From Laetmonice hystrix (lineage: Eukaryota): a stretch of 64,000 nucleotides of DNA. The notes under the pieces are model-generated. The model did not search any database, had not been told where the DNA came from, and saw only the letters and a list, made by a program, of their open reading frames with translations. The position numbers and the translations under genes are program-made. Shown here piece after piece: positions 1-12,000 of this stretch (its first letter is position 1; each line of letters begins with the position of its first letter). The DNA is taken from positions 8,930,001 through 8,994,000 of the forward strand of contig OZ249436.1 of NCBI GenBank assembly GCA_965235115.1, in the 5' to 3' direction.

Positions 1-3000
1 GTACGAGACCTATAGAGGTGACAGTTATACATCTGGCCTAACAATCATAATTTTGGGGTCGTAATTTCAATTTGACGTATCAAAAATGAAGCCATTTTTC
101 GCTTATCATTGTCTCTCCCATAAGCGCCATAGGTGCCTGCCAGCCCGCCCAGGTATAAGGTGGTGATTACATGGGTAGCCGGAAGGTGGCAGTGCAGTCG
201 GAGGGAGGCCGCTCCATTACTGCACCCTGGTGTTTGCTTCCAACCTCTCTGTCATCTCTTTCTACTGGGGGATGGGATATCTGATATAGAAAGGCGAACA
301 ACGTCATTTGCCATTGTTAATTAAGCCTTTACGGCAAACATCTACTGGGTCTACCATACAACGGTGTCGGACGCTTACAGGTGGTCAGTTGGGGACACAG
401 ATTACATGGGGGTAAATGATGGACGAAACGGATGGCCTGCCTCCTGGACAATAAAGGCATGGAAACATTAAACACGAGGCGTTCCTACATTTCTAGCTAC
501 AGTTGTATAGAAGCAAGCAGTACAGTGATGCCAAAGAGTACATGGAGGCCAAACAGTACAGTGAGGAATCCCTACAAGGTGCTGTATTGCCTAATACCCA
601 AGCAAACACTACAGTGAGGCCGAACAGTACAGTGAGGCCAATTAGTATACTGTGAGGCCAAGCACTACGAGAGGCCAATCAATCCTCTGGGAAGTCTCTA
701 CATCTTATCGGCTGGCCTACTACCCATGCAAATAGTTCACTGAGGTAGTGGAAATGAAAGATATAGGCGAGGGGCATCTAATGTTAAAATTTGGAGAAGA
801 TACTCAAATGGGAAGTAGATGTCTCACAACCATTTATCTATAGCGAACGTACGAGACCTATAGAGGTGACAGTTATACATCTGGCCTAACAATCATAATT
901 TTGGGGTCGTAATTTCAATTTGACGTATCAAAAATGAAGCCATTTTTCGCTTATCATTGTCTCTCCCATAAGCGCCATAGGTGCCTACCAGCCCGGCCAG
1001 GTATAAGGTGGTGATTACATGGGTAGCCGGAAGGTAGCAGTGCAGTCGGTGGAAGGCCGCTTCAGTACTGCACCCTGGTGGTTGCTTGCAACATCTCTGT
1101 GATCTGTTTCTATTTGGGGATGCGATATCTGATATAGAAAGGCGAACAACGTCATTTGCCTATGTTAATTAAACCTTTACGGCAAACAGTCACTGGGACT
1201 ACCGTACAACGGTGTCGGACGCTTACAGATGGTCAGTGGGGGACACAGATTATATGGGGGTAAATGATGGACGAAACGGATGGCCTGCCTCCTGGACAAT
1301 AAAGGCATGAAAACATGAAACATGAGGCGTCCCTACATTTCTGGCTACAGTTGTATAGAAGTAAGCAGTACAGTGATGCCAAAGATTACAGGGAGGCCAA
1401 ACAGTACAGTGAGGAATCCCTACAAGGTCCTGCATTGCCTAATACCCAAGCAAACACTACAGTGAGGCCGAACAGTACAGTGAGGCCGAACAGTACAGTG
1501 AGGCCAAATAGTATACTGTGAGGCCAAGCACTACGAGAGGCTAATCAGTACTCTGGGAAGTCTCTACATCTTCTCGGCTGGCCTACTACCCATGCAAATC
1601 GTTCACTGAGGTAGTGGAAATGAAAGATATAGGCGAGGGGCATCTAATGTTAAAATTTGGAGAAGATACTCAAATGGGAAGTAGATGTCTCACAACCATT
1701 TATCTATAGCGAACGTACGAGACCTATAGAGGTGACAGTTATACATCTGGCCTAACAATCATAATTTTGGGGTCGTAATTTCAATTTGACGTATCAAAAA
1801 TGAAGCCATTTTTCGCTTATCATTGTCTCTCCCATAACCGCCATACGTGCCTGCCAGCCCGGCCAGGTATAAGGTGGTGATTACATGGGTAGCCGGAAGG
1901 TAGCAGTGCAGTCGATGGGAGGCCGCTTCAGTACTGCACCCTGGTGTTTGCTCGCAACATCTCTGTCATCTGTTTCTATTTGGGGATGGGATATCTGATA
2001 TAGAAAGGCGAACAACGTCATTTGCCAATGTTAATTAAACCTTTACGGCAAACAGTCACTGGGACTACCGTACAACGGTGTCGGACGCTTACAGATGGGC
2101 AGTAGGGGACACAGATTATATGGGGGTAAATGATGGACGAAACGGATGGCCTGCCTCCTGGACAATAAAGGCATGAAAACATGAAACATGAGGCGTCCCT
2201 ACATTTCTGGCTACAGTTGTATAGAAGCAAACCGTACAGTGATGCCAAAGAGTACAGGGAGGCCAAACAGTACAGTGAGGAATCCCTACAAGGTCCTGCA
2301 TTGCCTAATACCCAAGCAAACACTACAGTGAGGCCGAACAGTACAGTGAGGCCAAATAGTATACTGTGAGGCCAAGCACTACGAGAGGCTAATCAGTACT
2401 CTGGGAAGTCTCTACATCTTATCAGCTGGCCTACTACCCATGCAAACAGTTCAGTGAGGTAGTGGAAATGAAAGATATAGGCGAGGGGCATCTAATGTTA
2501 AAATTTGGAGAAGATACTCAAATGGGAAGTAGATATCTCACAACCATTTATCTGTAGCGAACGTACGAGACCTATAGAAGTGACAGTTATACATCTGGCC
2601 TAACAATCATAATTTTGGGGTCGTAATTTCAATTTGACGTATCAAAAATGAAGCCATTTTTCGCTTATCATTGTCTCCCCCATAAGCGCCATAGGTGCCT
2701 GCCAGTCCGGCCAGGTACAAGGTGGTGATTCCATGGTTAGCAGTAAGGTCGCAGTGCAGTCGGTGAGAGGCCGCTTCAGTACTGCACCCTGGTGTTTGCT
2801 TCCAACCTCTCTGTCATCTCTTTCTACTGGGGGATGGGATATCTGATATAGAAAGGCGAACAACGTCATTTGCCATTGTTAATTAAGCCTTTACGGCAAA
2901 CATCTACTGGGTCTACCATACAACGGTGTCGGACGCTTACAGGTGGTCAGTTGGGGACACAGATTACATGGGGGTAAATGATGGACGAAACGGATGGCCT

Positions 3001-6000
3001 GCCTCCTGGACAATAAAGGCATGGAAACATTAAACACGAGGCGTTCCTACATTTCTAGCTACAGTTGTATAGAAGCAAGCAGTACAGTGATGCCAAAGAG
3101 TACATGGAGGCCAAACAGTACAGTGAGGAATCCCTACAAGGTGCTGTATTGCCTAATACCCAAGCAAACACTACAGTGAGGCCGAACAGTACAGTGAGGC
3201 CAATTAGTATACTGTGAGGCCAAGCACTACGAGAGGCCAATCAATCCTCTGGGAAGTCTCTACATCTTATCGGCTGGCCTACTACCCATGCAAATAGTTC
3301 ACTGAGGTAGTGGAAATGAAAGATATAGGCGAGGGGCATCTAATGTTAAAATTTGGAGAAGATACTCAAATGGGAAGTAGATGTCTCACAACCATTTATC
3401 TATAGCGAACGTACGAGACCTATAGAGGTGACAGTTATACATCTGGCCTAACAATCATAATTTTGGGGTCGTAATTTCAATTTGACGTATCAAAAATGAA
3501 GCCATTTTTCGCTTATCATTGTCTCTCCCATAAGCGCCATAGGTGCCTACCAGCCCGGCCAGGTATAAGGTGGTGATTACATGGGTAGCCGGAAGGTAGC
3601 AGTGCAGTCGGTGGAAGGCCGCTTCAGTACTGCACCCTGGTGGTTGCTTGCAACATCTCTGTGATCTGTTTCTATTTGGGGATGCGATATCTGATATAGA
3701 AAGGCGAACAACGTCATTTGCCTATGTTAATTAAACCTTTACGGCAAACAGTCACTGGGACTACCGTACAACGGTGTCGGACGCTTACAGATGGTCAGTG
3801 GGGGACACAGATTATATGGGGGTAAATGATGGACGAAACGGATGGCCTGCCTCCTGGACAATAAAGGCATGAAAACATGAAACATGAGGCGTCCCTACAT
3901 TTCTGGCTACAGTTGTATAGAAGTAAGCAGTACAGTGATGCCAAAGATTACAGGGAGGCCAAACAGTACAGTGAGGAATCACTACAAGGTCCTGCATTGC
4001 CTAATACCCAAGCAAACACTACAGTGAGGCCGAACAGTACAGTGAGGCCGAACAGTACAGTGAGGCCAAATAGTATACTGTGAGGCCAAGCACTACGAGA
4101 GGCTAATCAGTACTCTGGGAAGTCTCTACATCTTCTCGGCTGGCCTACTACCCATGCAAATCGTTCACTGAGGTAGTGGAAATGAAAGATATAGGCGAGG
4201 GGCATCTAATGTTAAAATTTGGAGAAGATACTCAAATGGGAAGTAGATGTCTCACAACCATTTATCTATAGCGAACGTACGAGACCTATAGAGGTGACAG
4301 TTATACATCTGGCCTAACAATCATAATTTTGGGGTCGTAATTTCAATTTGACGTATCAAAAATGAAGCCATTTTTCGCTTATCATTGTCTCTCCCATAAC
4401 CGCCATACGTGCCTGCCAGCCCGGCCAGGTATAAGGTGGTGATTACATGGGTAGCCGGAAGGTAGCAGTGCAGTCGATGGGAGGCCGCTTCAGTACTGCA
4501 CCCTGGTGTTTGCTCGCAACATCTCTGTCATCTGTTTCTATTTGGGGATGGGATATCTGATATAGAAAGGCGAACAACGTCATTTGCCAATGTTAATTAA
4601 ACCTTTACGGCAAACAGTCACTGGGACTACCGTACAACGGTGTCGGACGCTTACAGATGGGCAGTAGGGGACACAGATTATATGGGGGTAAATGATGGAC
4701 GAAACGGATGGCCTGCCTCCTGGACAATAAAGGCATGAAAACATGAAACATGAGGCGTCCCTACATTTCTGGCTACAGTTGTATAGAAGCAAACCGTACA
4801 GTGATGCCAAAGAGTACAGGGAGGCCAAACAGTACAGTGAGGAATCCCTACAAGGTCCTGCATTGCCTAATACCCAAGCAAACACTACAGTGAGGCCGAA
4901 CAGTACAGTGAGGCCAAATAGTATACTGTGAGGCCAAGCACTACGAGAGGCTAATCAGTACTCTGGGAAGTCTCTACATCTTATCGGCTGGCCTACTACC
5001 CATGCAAACAGTTCAGTGAGGTAGTGGAAATGAAAGATATAGGCGAGGGGCATCTAATGTTAAAATTTGGAGAAGATACTCAAATGGGAAGTAGATATCT
5101 CACAACCATTTATCTGTAGCGAACGTACGAGACCTATAGAAGTGACAGTTATACATCTGGCCTAACTATCATAATTTTGGGGTCGTAATTTCAATTTGAC
5201 GTATCAAAAATGAAGCCATTTTTCGCTTATCATTGTCTCCCCCATAAGCGCCATAGGTGCCTGCCAGTCCGGCCAGGTACAAGGTGGTGATTCCATGGTT
5301 AGCAGTAAGGTCGCAGTGCAGTCGGTGAGAGGCCGCTTCAGTACTGCACCCTGGTGTTTGCTTCCAACCTCTCTGTCATCTCTTTCTACTGGGGGATGGG
5401 ATATCTGATATAGAAAGGCGAACAACGTCATTTGCCATTTTTAATTAAGCCTTTACGGCAAACATCCACTGGGTCTACCATACAACGGTGTCGGACGCTT
5501 ACAGGTGGTCAGTTGGGGACACAGATTACATGGGGGTAAATGATGGACGAAACGGATTGCCTGCCTCCTGGACAATAAAGGCGTGGAAACATTAAACACG
5601 AGGCGTCCCTACATTTCTGGATACAGTTGTATAGAAGCAAGCAGTACAGTGATGCCAAAGAGTACAGGGAGGCCAAACAGTACAGTGAGGAATCCCTACA
5701 AGGTGCTGTATTGCCTAATACCCAAGCAAACACTACAGTGAGGCCGAACAGTACAGTGAGGCCAATTAGTATACTGTGAGGCCAAGCACTACGAGAGGCC
5801 AATCAATCCTCTGGGAAGTCTCTACATCTTATCGGCTGGCCTACTACCCATGCAAATAGTTCACTGAGGTAGTGGAAATGAAAGATATAGGCGAGGGGCA
5901 TCTAATGTTAAAATTTGGAGAAGATACTCAAATGGGAAGTAGATGTCTCACAACCATTTATCTATAGCGAACGTACGAGACCTATAGAGGTGACAGTTAT

Positions 6001-9000
6001 ACATCTGGCCTAACAATCATAATTTTGGGGTCGTAATTTCAATTTGACGTATCAAAAATGAAGCCATTTTTCGCTTATCATTGTCTCTCCCATAAGCGCC
6101 ATAGGTGCGTACCAGCCCGGCCAGGTATAAGGTGGTGATTACATGGGTAGCCGGAAGGTAGCAGTGCAGTCGGTGGAAGGCCGCTTCAGTACTGCACCCT
6201 GGTGGTTGCTTGCAACATCTCTGTGATCCGTTTCTATTTGGGGATGCGATATCTGATATAGAAAGGCGAACAACGTCATTTGCCTATGTTAATTAAACCT
6301 TTACGGCAAACAGTCACTGGGACTACCGTACAACGGTGTCGGACGCTTACAGATGGTCAGTAGGGGACACAGATTATATGGGGGTAAATGATGGACGAAA
6401 CGGATGGCCTGCCTCCTGGACAATAAAGGCATGAAAACATGAAACATGAGGCGTCCCTACATTTCTGGCTACAGTTGTATAGAAGTAAGCAGTACAGTGA
6501 TGCCAAAGATTACAGGGAGGCCAAACAGTACAGTGAGGAATCCCTACAAGGTCCTGCATTGCCTAATACCCAAGCAAACACTACAGTGAGGCCGAACAGT
6601 ACAGTGAGGCCGAACAGTACAGTGAGGCCAAATAGTATACTGTGAGGCCAAGCACTACGAGAGGCTAATCAGTACTCTGGGAAGTCTCTACATCTTCTCG
6701 GCTGGCCTACTACCCATGCAAATCGTTCACTGAGGTAGTGGAAATGAAAGATATAGGCGAGGGGCATCTAATGTTAAAATTTGGAGAAGATACTCAAAAG
6801 GGAAGTAGATGTCTCACAACCATTTATCTATAGCGAACGTACGAGACCTATAGAGGTGACAGTTATACATCTGGCCTAACAATCATAATTTTGGGGTCGT
6901 AATTTCAATTTGACGTATCAAAAATGAAGCCATTTTTCGCTTATCATTGTCTCTCCCATAACCGCCATACGTGCCTGCCAGCCCGGCCAGGTATAAGGTG
7001 GTGATTACATGGGTAGCCGGAAGGTAGCAGTGCAGTCGATGGGAGGCCGCTTCAGTACTGCACCCTGGTGTTTGCTCGCAACATCTCTGTCATCTGTTTC
7101 TATTTGGGGATGGGATATCTGATATAGAAAGGCGAACAACGTCATTTGCCAATGTTAATTAAACCTTTACGGCAAACAGTCACTGGGACTACCGTACAGC
7201 GGTGTCTGACGCTTACAGATGGTCAGTAGGGGACACAGATTATATGGGGGTAAATGATGGACGAAACGGATGGCCTGCCTCCTGGACAATAAAGGCATGG
7301 AAACATGAAACATGAGGCGTCCCTACATTTCTGGCTACAGTTGTATAGAAGCAAACCGTACAGTGATGCCAAAGAGTACAGGGAGGCCAAACAGTACAGT
7401 GAGGAATCCCTACAAGGTCCTGCATTGCCTAATACCCAAGCAAACACTACAGTGAGGCCGAACAGTACAGTGAGGCCAAATAGTATACTGTGAGGCCAAG
7501 CACTACGAGAGGCTAATCAGTACTCTGGGAAGTCTCTACATCTTATCGGCTGGCCTACTACCCATGCAAACAGTTCAGTGAGGTAGTGGAAATGAAAGAT
7601 ATAGGCGAGGGGCATCTAATGTTAAAATTTGGAGAAGATACTCAAATGGGAAGTAGATATCTCACAACCATTTATCTGTAGCGAACGTACGAGACCTATA
7701 GAAGTGACAGTTATACATCTGGCCTAACAATCATAATTTTGGGGTCGTAATTTCAATTTGACGTATCAAAAATGAAGCCATTTTTCGCTTATCATTGTCT
7801 CCCCCATAAGCGCCATAGGTGCCTGCCAGCCCGGCCAGGTACAAGGTGGTGATTCCATGGTTAGCCGTAAGGTCGCAGTGCAGTCGGTGGGAGGCCGCTT
7901 CAGTACTGCACCCTGGTGTTTGCTTCCAACCTCTCTGTCATCTCTTTCTACTGGGGGATGGGATATCTGATATAGAAAGGCGAACAACGTCATTTGCCAT
8001 TTTTAATTAAGCCTTTACGGCAAACATCCACTGGGTCTACCATACAACGGTGTCGGACGCTTACAGGTGGTCAGTTGGGGACACAGATTACATGGGGGTA
8101 AATGATGGACGAAACGGATGGCCTGCCTCCTGGACAATAAAGGCGTGGAAACATTAAACACGAGGCGTCCCTACATTTCTGGATACAGTTGTATAGAAGC
8201 AAGCAGTACAGTGATGCCAAAGAGTACAGGGAGGCCAAACAGTACAGTGAGGAATCCCTAGAAGGTGCTGTATTGCCTAATACCCAAGCAAACACTACAG
8301 TGAGGCCGAACAGTACAGTGAGGCCAATTAGTATACTGTGAGGCCAAGCACTACGAGAGGCCAATCAATCCTCTGGGAAGTCTCTACATCTTATCGGCTG
8401 GCCTACTACCCATGCAAATAGTTCACTGAGGTAGTGGAAATGAAAGATATAGGCGAGGGGCATCTAATGTTAAAATTTGGAGAAGATACTCAAATGGGAA
8501 GTAGATGTCTCACAACCATGTATCTATAGCGAACGTACGAGACCTATAGAGGTGACAGTTATACATCTGGCCTAACAATCATAATTTTGGGGTCGTAATT
8601 TCAATTTGACGTATCAAAAATGAAGCCATTTTTCGCTTATCATTGTCTCTCCCATAAGCGCCATAGGTGCGTACCAGCCCGGCCAGGTATAAGGTGGTGA
8701 TTACATGGGTAGCCGGAAGGTAGCAGTGCAGTCGGTGGAAGGCCGCTTCAGTACTGCACCCTGGTGGTTGCTTGCAACATCTCTGTGATCTGTTTCTATT
8801 TGGGGATGCGATATCTGATATAGAAAGGCGAACAACGTCATTTGCCAATGTTAATTAAACCTTTACGGCAAACAGTCACTCGGACTACCGTACAACGGTG
8901 TCGGACGCTTACAGATGGTCAGTAGGGGACACAGATTATATGTGTTGTATAGAAGTAAGCAGTACAGTGATGCCAAAGATTACAGGGAGGCCAAACAGTA

Positions 9001-12000
9001 CAGTGAGGAATCCCTACAAGGTCCTGCATTGCCTAATACCCAAGCAAACACTACAGTGAGGCCGAACAGTACAGTGAGGCCGAACAGTACAGTGAGGCCA
9101 AATAGTATACTGTGAGGCCAAGCACTACGAGAGGCTAATCAGTACTCTGGGAAGTCTCTACATCTTCTCGGCTGGCCTACTACCCATGCAAATCGTTCAC
9201 TGAGGTAGTGGAAATGAAAGATATAGGCGAGGGGCATCTAATGTTAAAATTTGGAGAAGATACTCAAATGGGAAGTAGATGTCTCACAACCATTTATCTA
9301 TAGCGAACGTACGAGACCTATAGAGGTGACAGTTATACATCTGGCCTAACAATCATAATTTTGGGGTCGTAATTTCAATTTGACGTATCAAAAATGAAGC
9401 CATTTTTCGCTTATCATTGTCTCTCCCATAACCGCCATACGTGCCTGCCAGCCCGGCCAGGTATAAGGTGGTGATTACATGGGTAGCCGGAAGGTAGCAG
9501 TGCAGTCGATGGGAGGCCGCTTCAGTACTGCACCCTGGTGTTTGCTCGCAACATCTCTGTCATCTGTTTCTATTTGGGGATGGGATATCTGATATAGAAA
9601 GGCGAACAACGTCATTTGCCAATGTTAATTAAACCTTTACGGCAAACAGTCACTGGGACTACCGTACAGCGGTGTCTGACGCTTACAGATGGTCAGTAGG
9701 GGACACAGATTATATGGGGGTAAATGATGGACGAAACGGATGGCCTGCCTCCTGGACAATAAAGGCATGGAAACATGAAACATGAGGCGTCCCTACATTT
9801 CTGGCTACAGTTGTATAGAAGCAAACCGTACAGTGATGCCAAAGAGTACAGGGAGGCCAAACAGTACAGTGAGGAATCCCTACAAGGTCCTGCATTGCCT
9901 AATACCCAAGCAAACACTACAGTGAGGCCGAACAGTACAGTGAGGCCAAATAGTATACTGTGAGGCCAAGCACTACGAGAGGCTAATCAGTACTCTGGGA
10001 AGTCTCTACATCTTATCGGCTGGCCTACTACCCATGCAAACAGTTCAGTGAGGTAGTGGAAATGAAAGATATAGGCGAGGGGCATCTAATGTTAAAATTT
10101 GGAGAAGATACTCAAATGGGAAGTAGATATCTCACAACCATTTATCTGTAGCGAACGTACGAGACCTATAGAAGTGACAGTTATACATCTGGCCTAACAA
10201 TCATAATTTTGGGGTCGTAATTTCAATTTGACGTATCAAAAATGAAGCCATTTTTCGCTTATCATTGTCTCCCCCATAAGCGCCATAGGTGCCTGCCAGC
10301 CCGGCCAGGTACAAGGTGGTGATTCCATGGTTAGCCGTAAGGTCGCAGTGCAGTCGGTGGGAGGCCGCTTCAGTACTGCACCCTGGTGTTTGCTTCCAAC
10401 CTCTCTGTCATCTCTTTCTACTGGGGGATGGGATATCTGATATAGAAAGGCGAACAACGTCATTTGCCATTTTTAATTAAGCCTTTACGGCAAACATCCA
10501 CTGGGTCTACCATACAACGGTGTCGGACGCTTACAGGTGGTCAGTTGGGGACACAGATTACATGGGGGTAAATGATGGACGAAACGGATGGCCTGCCTCC
10601 TGGACAATAAAGGCGTGGAAACATTAAACACGAGGCGTCCCTACATTTCTGGATACAGTTGTATAGAAGCAAGCAGTACAGTGATGCCAAAGAGTACAGG
10701 GAGGCCAAACAGTACAGTGAGGAATCCCTAGAAGGTGCTGTATTGCCTAATACCCAAGCAAACACTACAGTGAGGCCGAACAGTACAGTGAGGCCAATTA
10801 GTATACTGTGAGGCCAAGCACTACGAGAGGCCAATCAATCCTCTGGGAAGTCTCTACATCTTATCGGCTGGCCTACTACCCATGCAAATAGTTCACTGAG
10901 GTAGTGGAAATGAAAGATATAGGCGAGGGGCATCTAATGTTAAAATTTGGAGAAGATACTCAAATGGGAAGTAGATGTCTCACAACCATGTATCTATAGC
11001 GAACGTACGAGACCTATAGAGGTGACAGTTATACATCTGGCCTAACAATCATAATTTTGGGGTCGTAATTTCAATTTGACGTATCAAAAATGAAGCCATT
11101 TTTCGCTTATCATTGTCTCTCCCATAAGCGCCATAGGTGCGTACCAGCCCGGCCAGGTATAAGGTGGTGATTACATGGGTAGCCGGAAGGTAGCAGTGCA
11201 GTCGGTGGAAGGCCGCTTCAGTACTGCACCCTGGTGGTTGCTTGCAACATCTCTGTGATCTGTTTCTATTTGGGGATGCGATATCTGATATAGAAAGGCG
11301 AACAACGTCATTTGCCAATGTTAATTAAACCTTTACGGCAAACAGTCACTCGGACTACCGTACAACGGTGTCGGACGCTTACAGATGGTCAGTAGGGGAC
11401 ACAGATTATATGGGGGTAAATGATGGACGAAACGGATGGCCTGCCTTCTGGACAATAAAGGCATGAAAACATGAAACATGAGGCGTCCCTACATTTCTGG
11501 CTACAGTTGTATAGAAGTAAGCAGTACAGTGATGCCAAAGATTACAGGGAGGCCAAACAGTACAGTGAGGAATCCCTACAAGGTCCTGCATTGCCTAATA
11601 CCCAAGCAAACACTACAGTGAGGCCGAACAGTACAGTGAGGCCGAACAGTACAGTGAGGCCAAATAGTATACTGTGAGGCCAAGCACTACGAGAGGCTAA
11701 TCAGTACTCTGGGAAGTCTCTACATCTTCTCGGCTGGCCTACTACCCATGCAAATCGTTCACTGAGGTAGTGGAAATGAAAGATATAGGCGAGGGGCATC
11801 TAATGTTAAAATTTGGAGAAGATACTCAAATGGGAAGTAGATGTCTCACAACCATTTATCTATAGCGAACGTACGAGACCTATAGAGGTGACAGTTATAC
11901 ATCTGGCCTAACAATCATAATTTTGGGGTCGTAATTTCAATTTGACGTATCAAAAATGAAGCCATTTTTCGCTTATCATTGTCTCTCCCATAACCGCCAT

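Noticed and set aside
1021..1042. SRP RNA helix-8-like motif GCCGGAAGGTAGCAG in the monomer
   Set aside because: Only the 3' half resembles CAGGTCCGGAAGGAAGCAG; the CAGG side and the rest of an SRP fold are missing.
1125..1280. Hammerhead ribozyme cores (CTGATATAGAAA; TGATGGACGAAAC) as in some satellites
   Set aside because: There is no CUGANGA core with a stem II before GAAA, and no matching stems I/III.
1400..1520. RAG RSS heptamer-like TACAGTG repeats
   Set aside because: They lack the invariant CAC start and have no nonamer at 12/23 spacing.
1565..1590. U2 snRNA 5'-like ATCTTCTCGGCT next to the LINE insertion position in B monomers
   Set aside because: The match is about 10 nt only, lacks the branch-point pairing GTGTAGTA, and the segment is explained as a decayed 52-bp unit.
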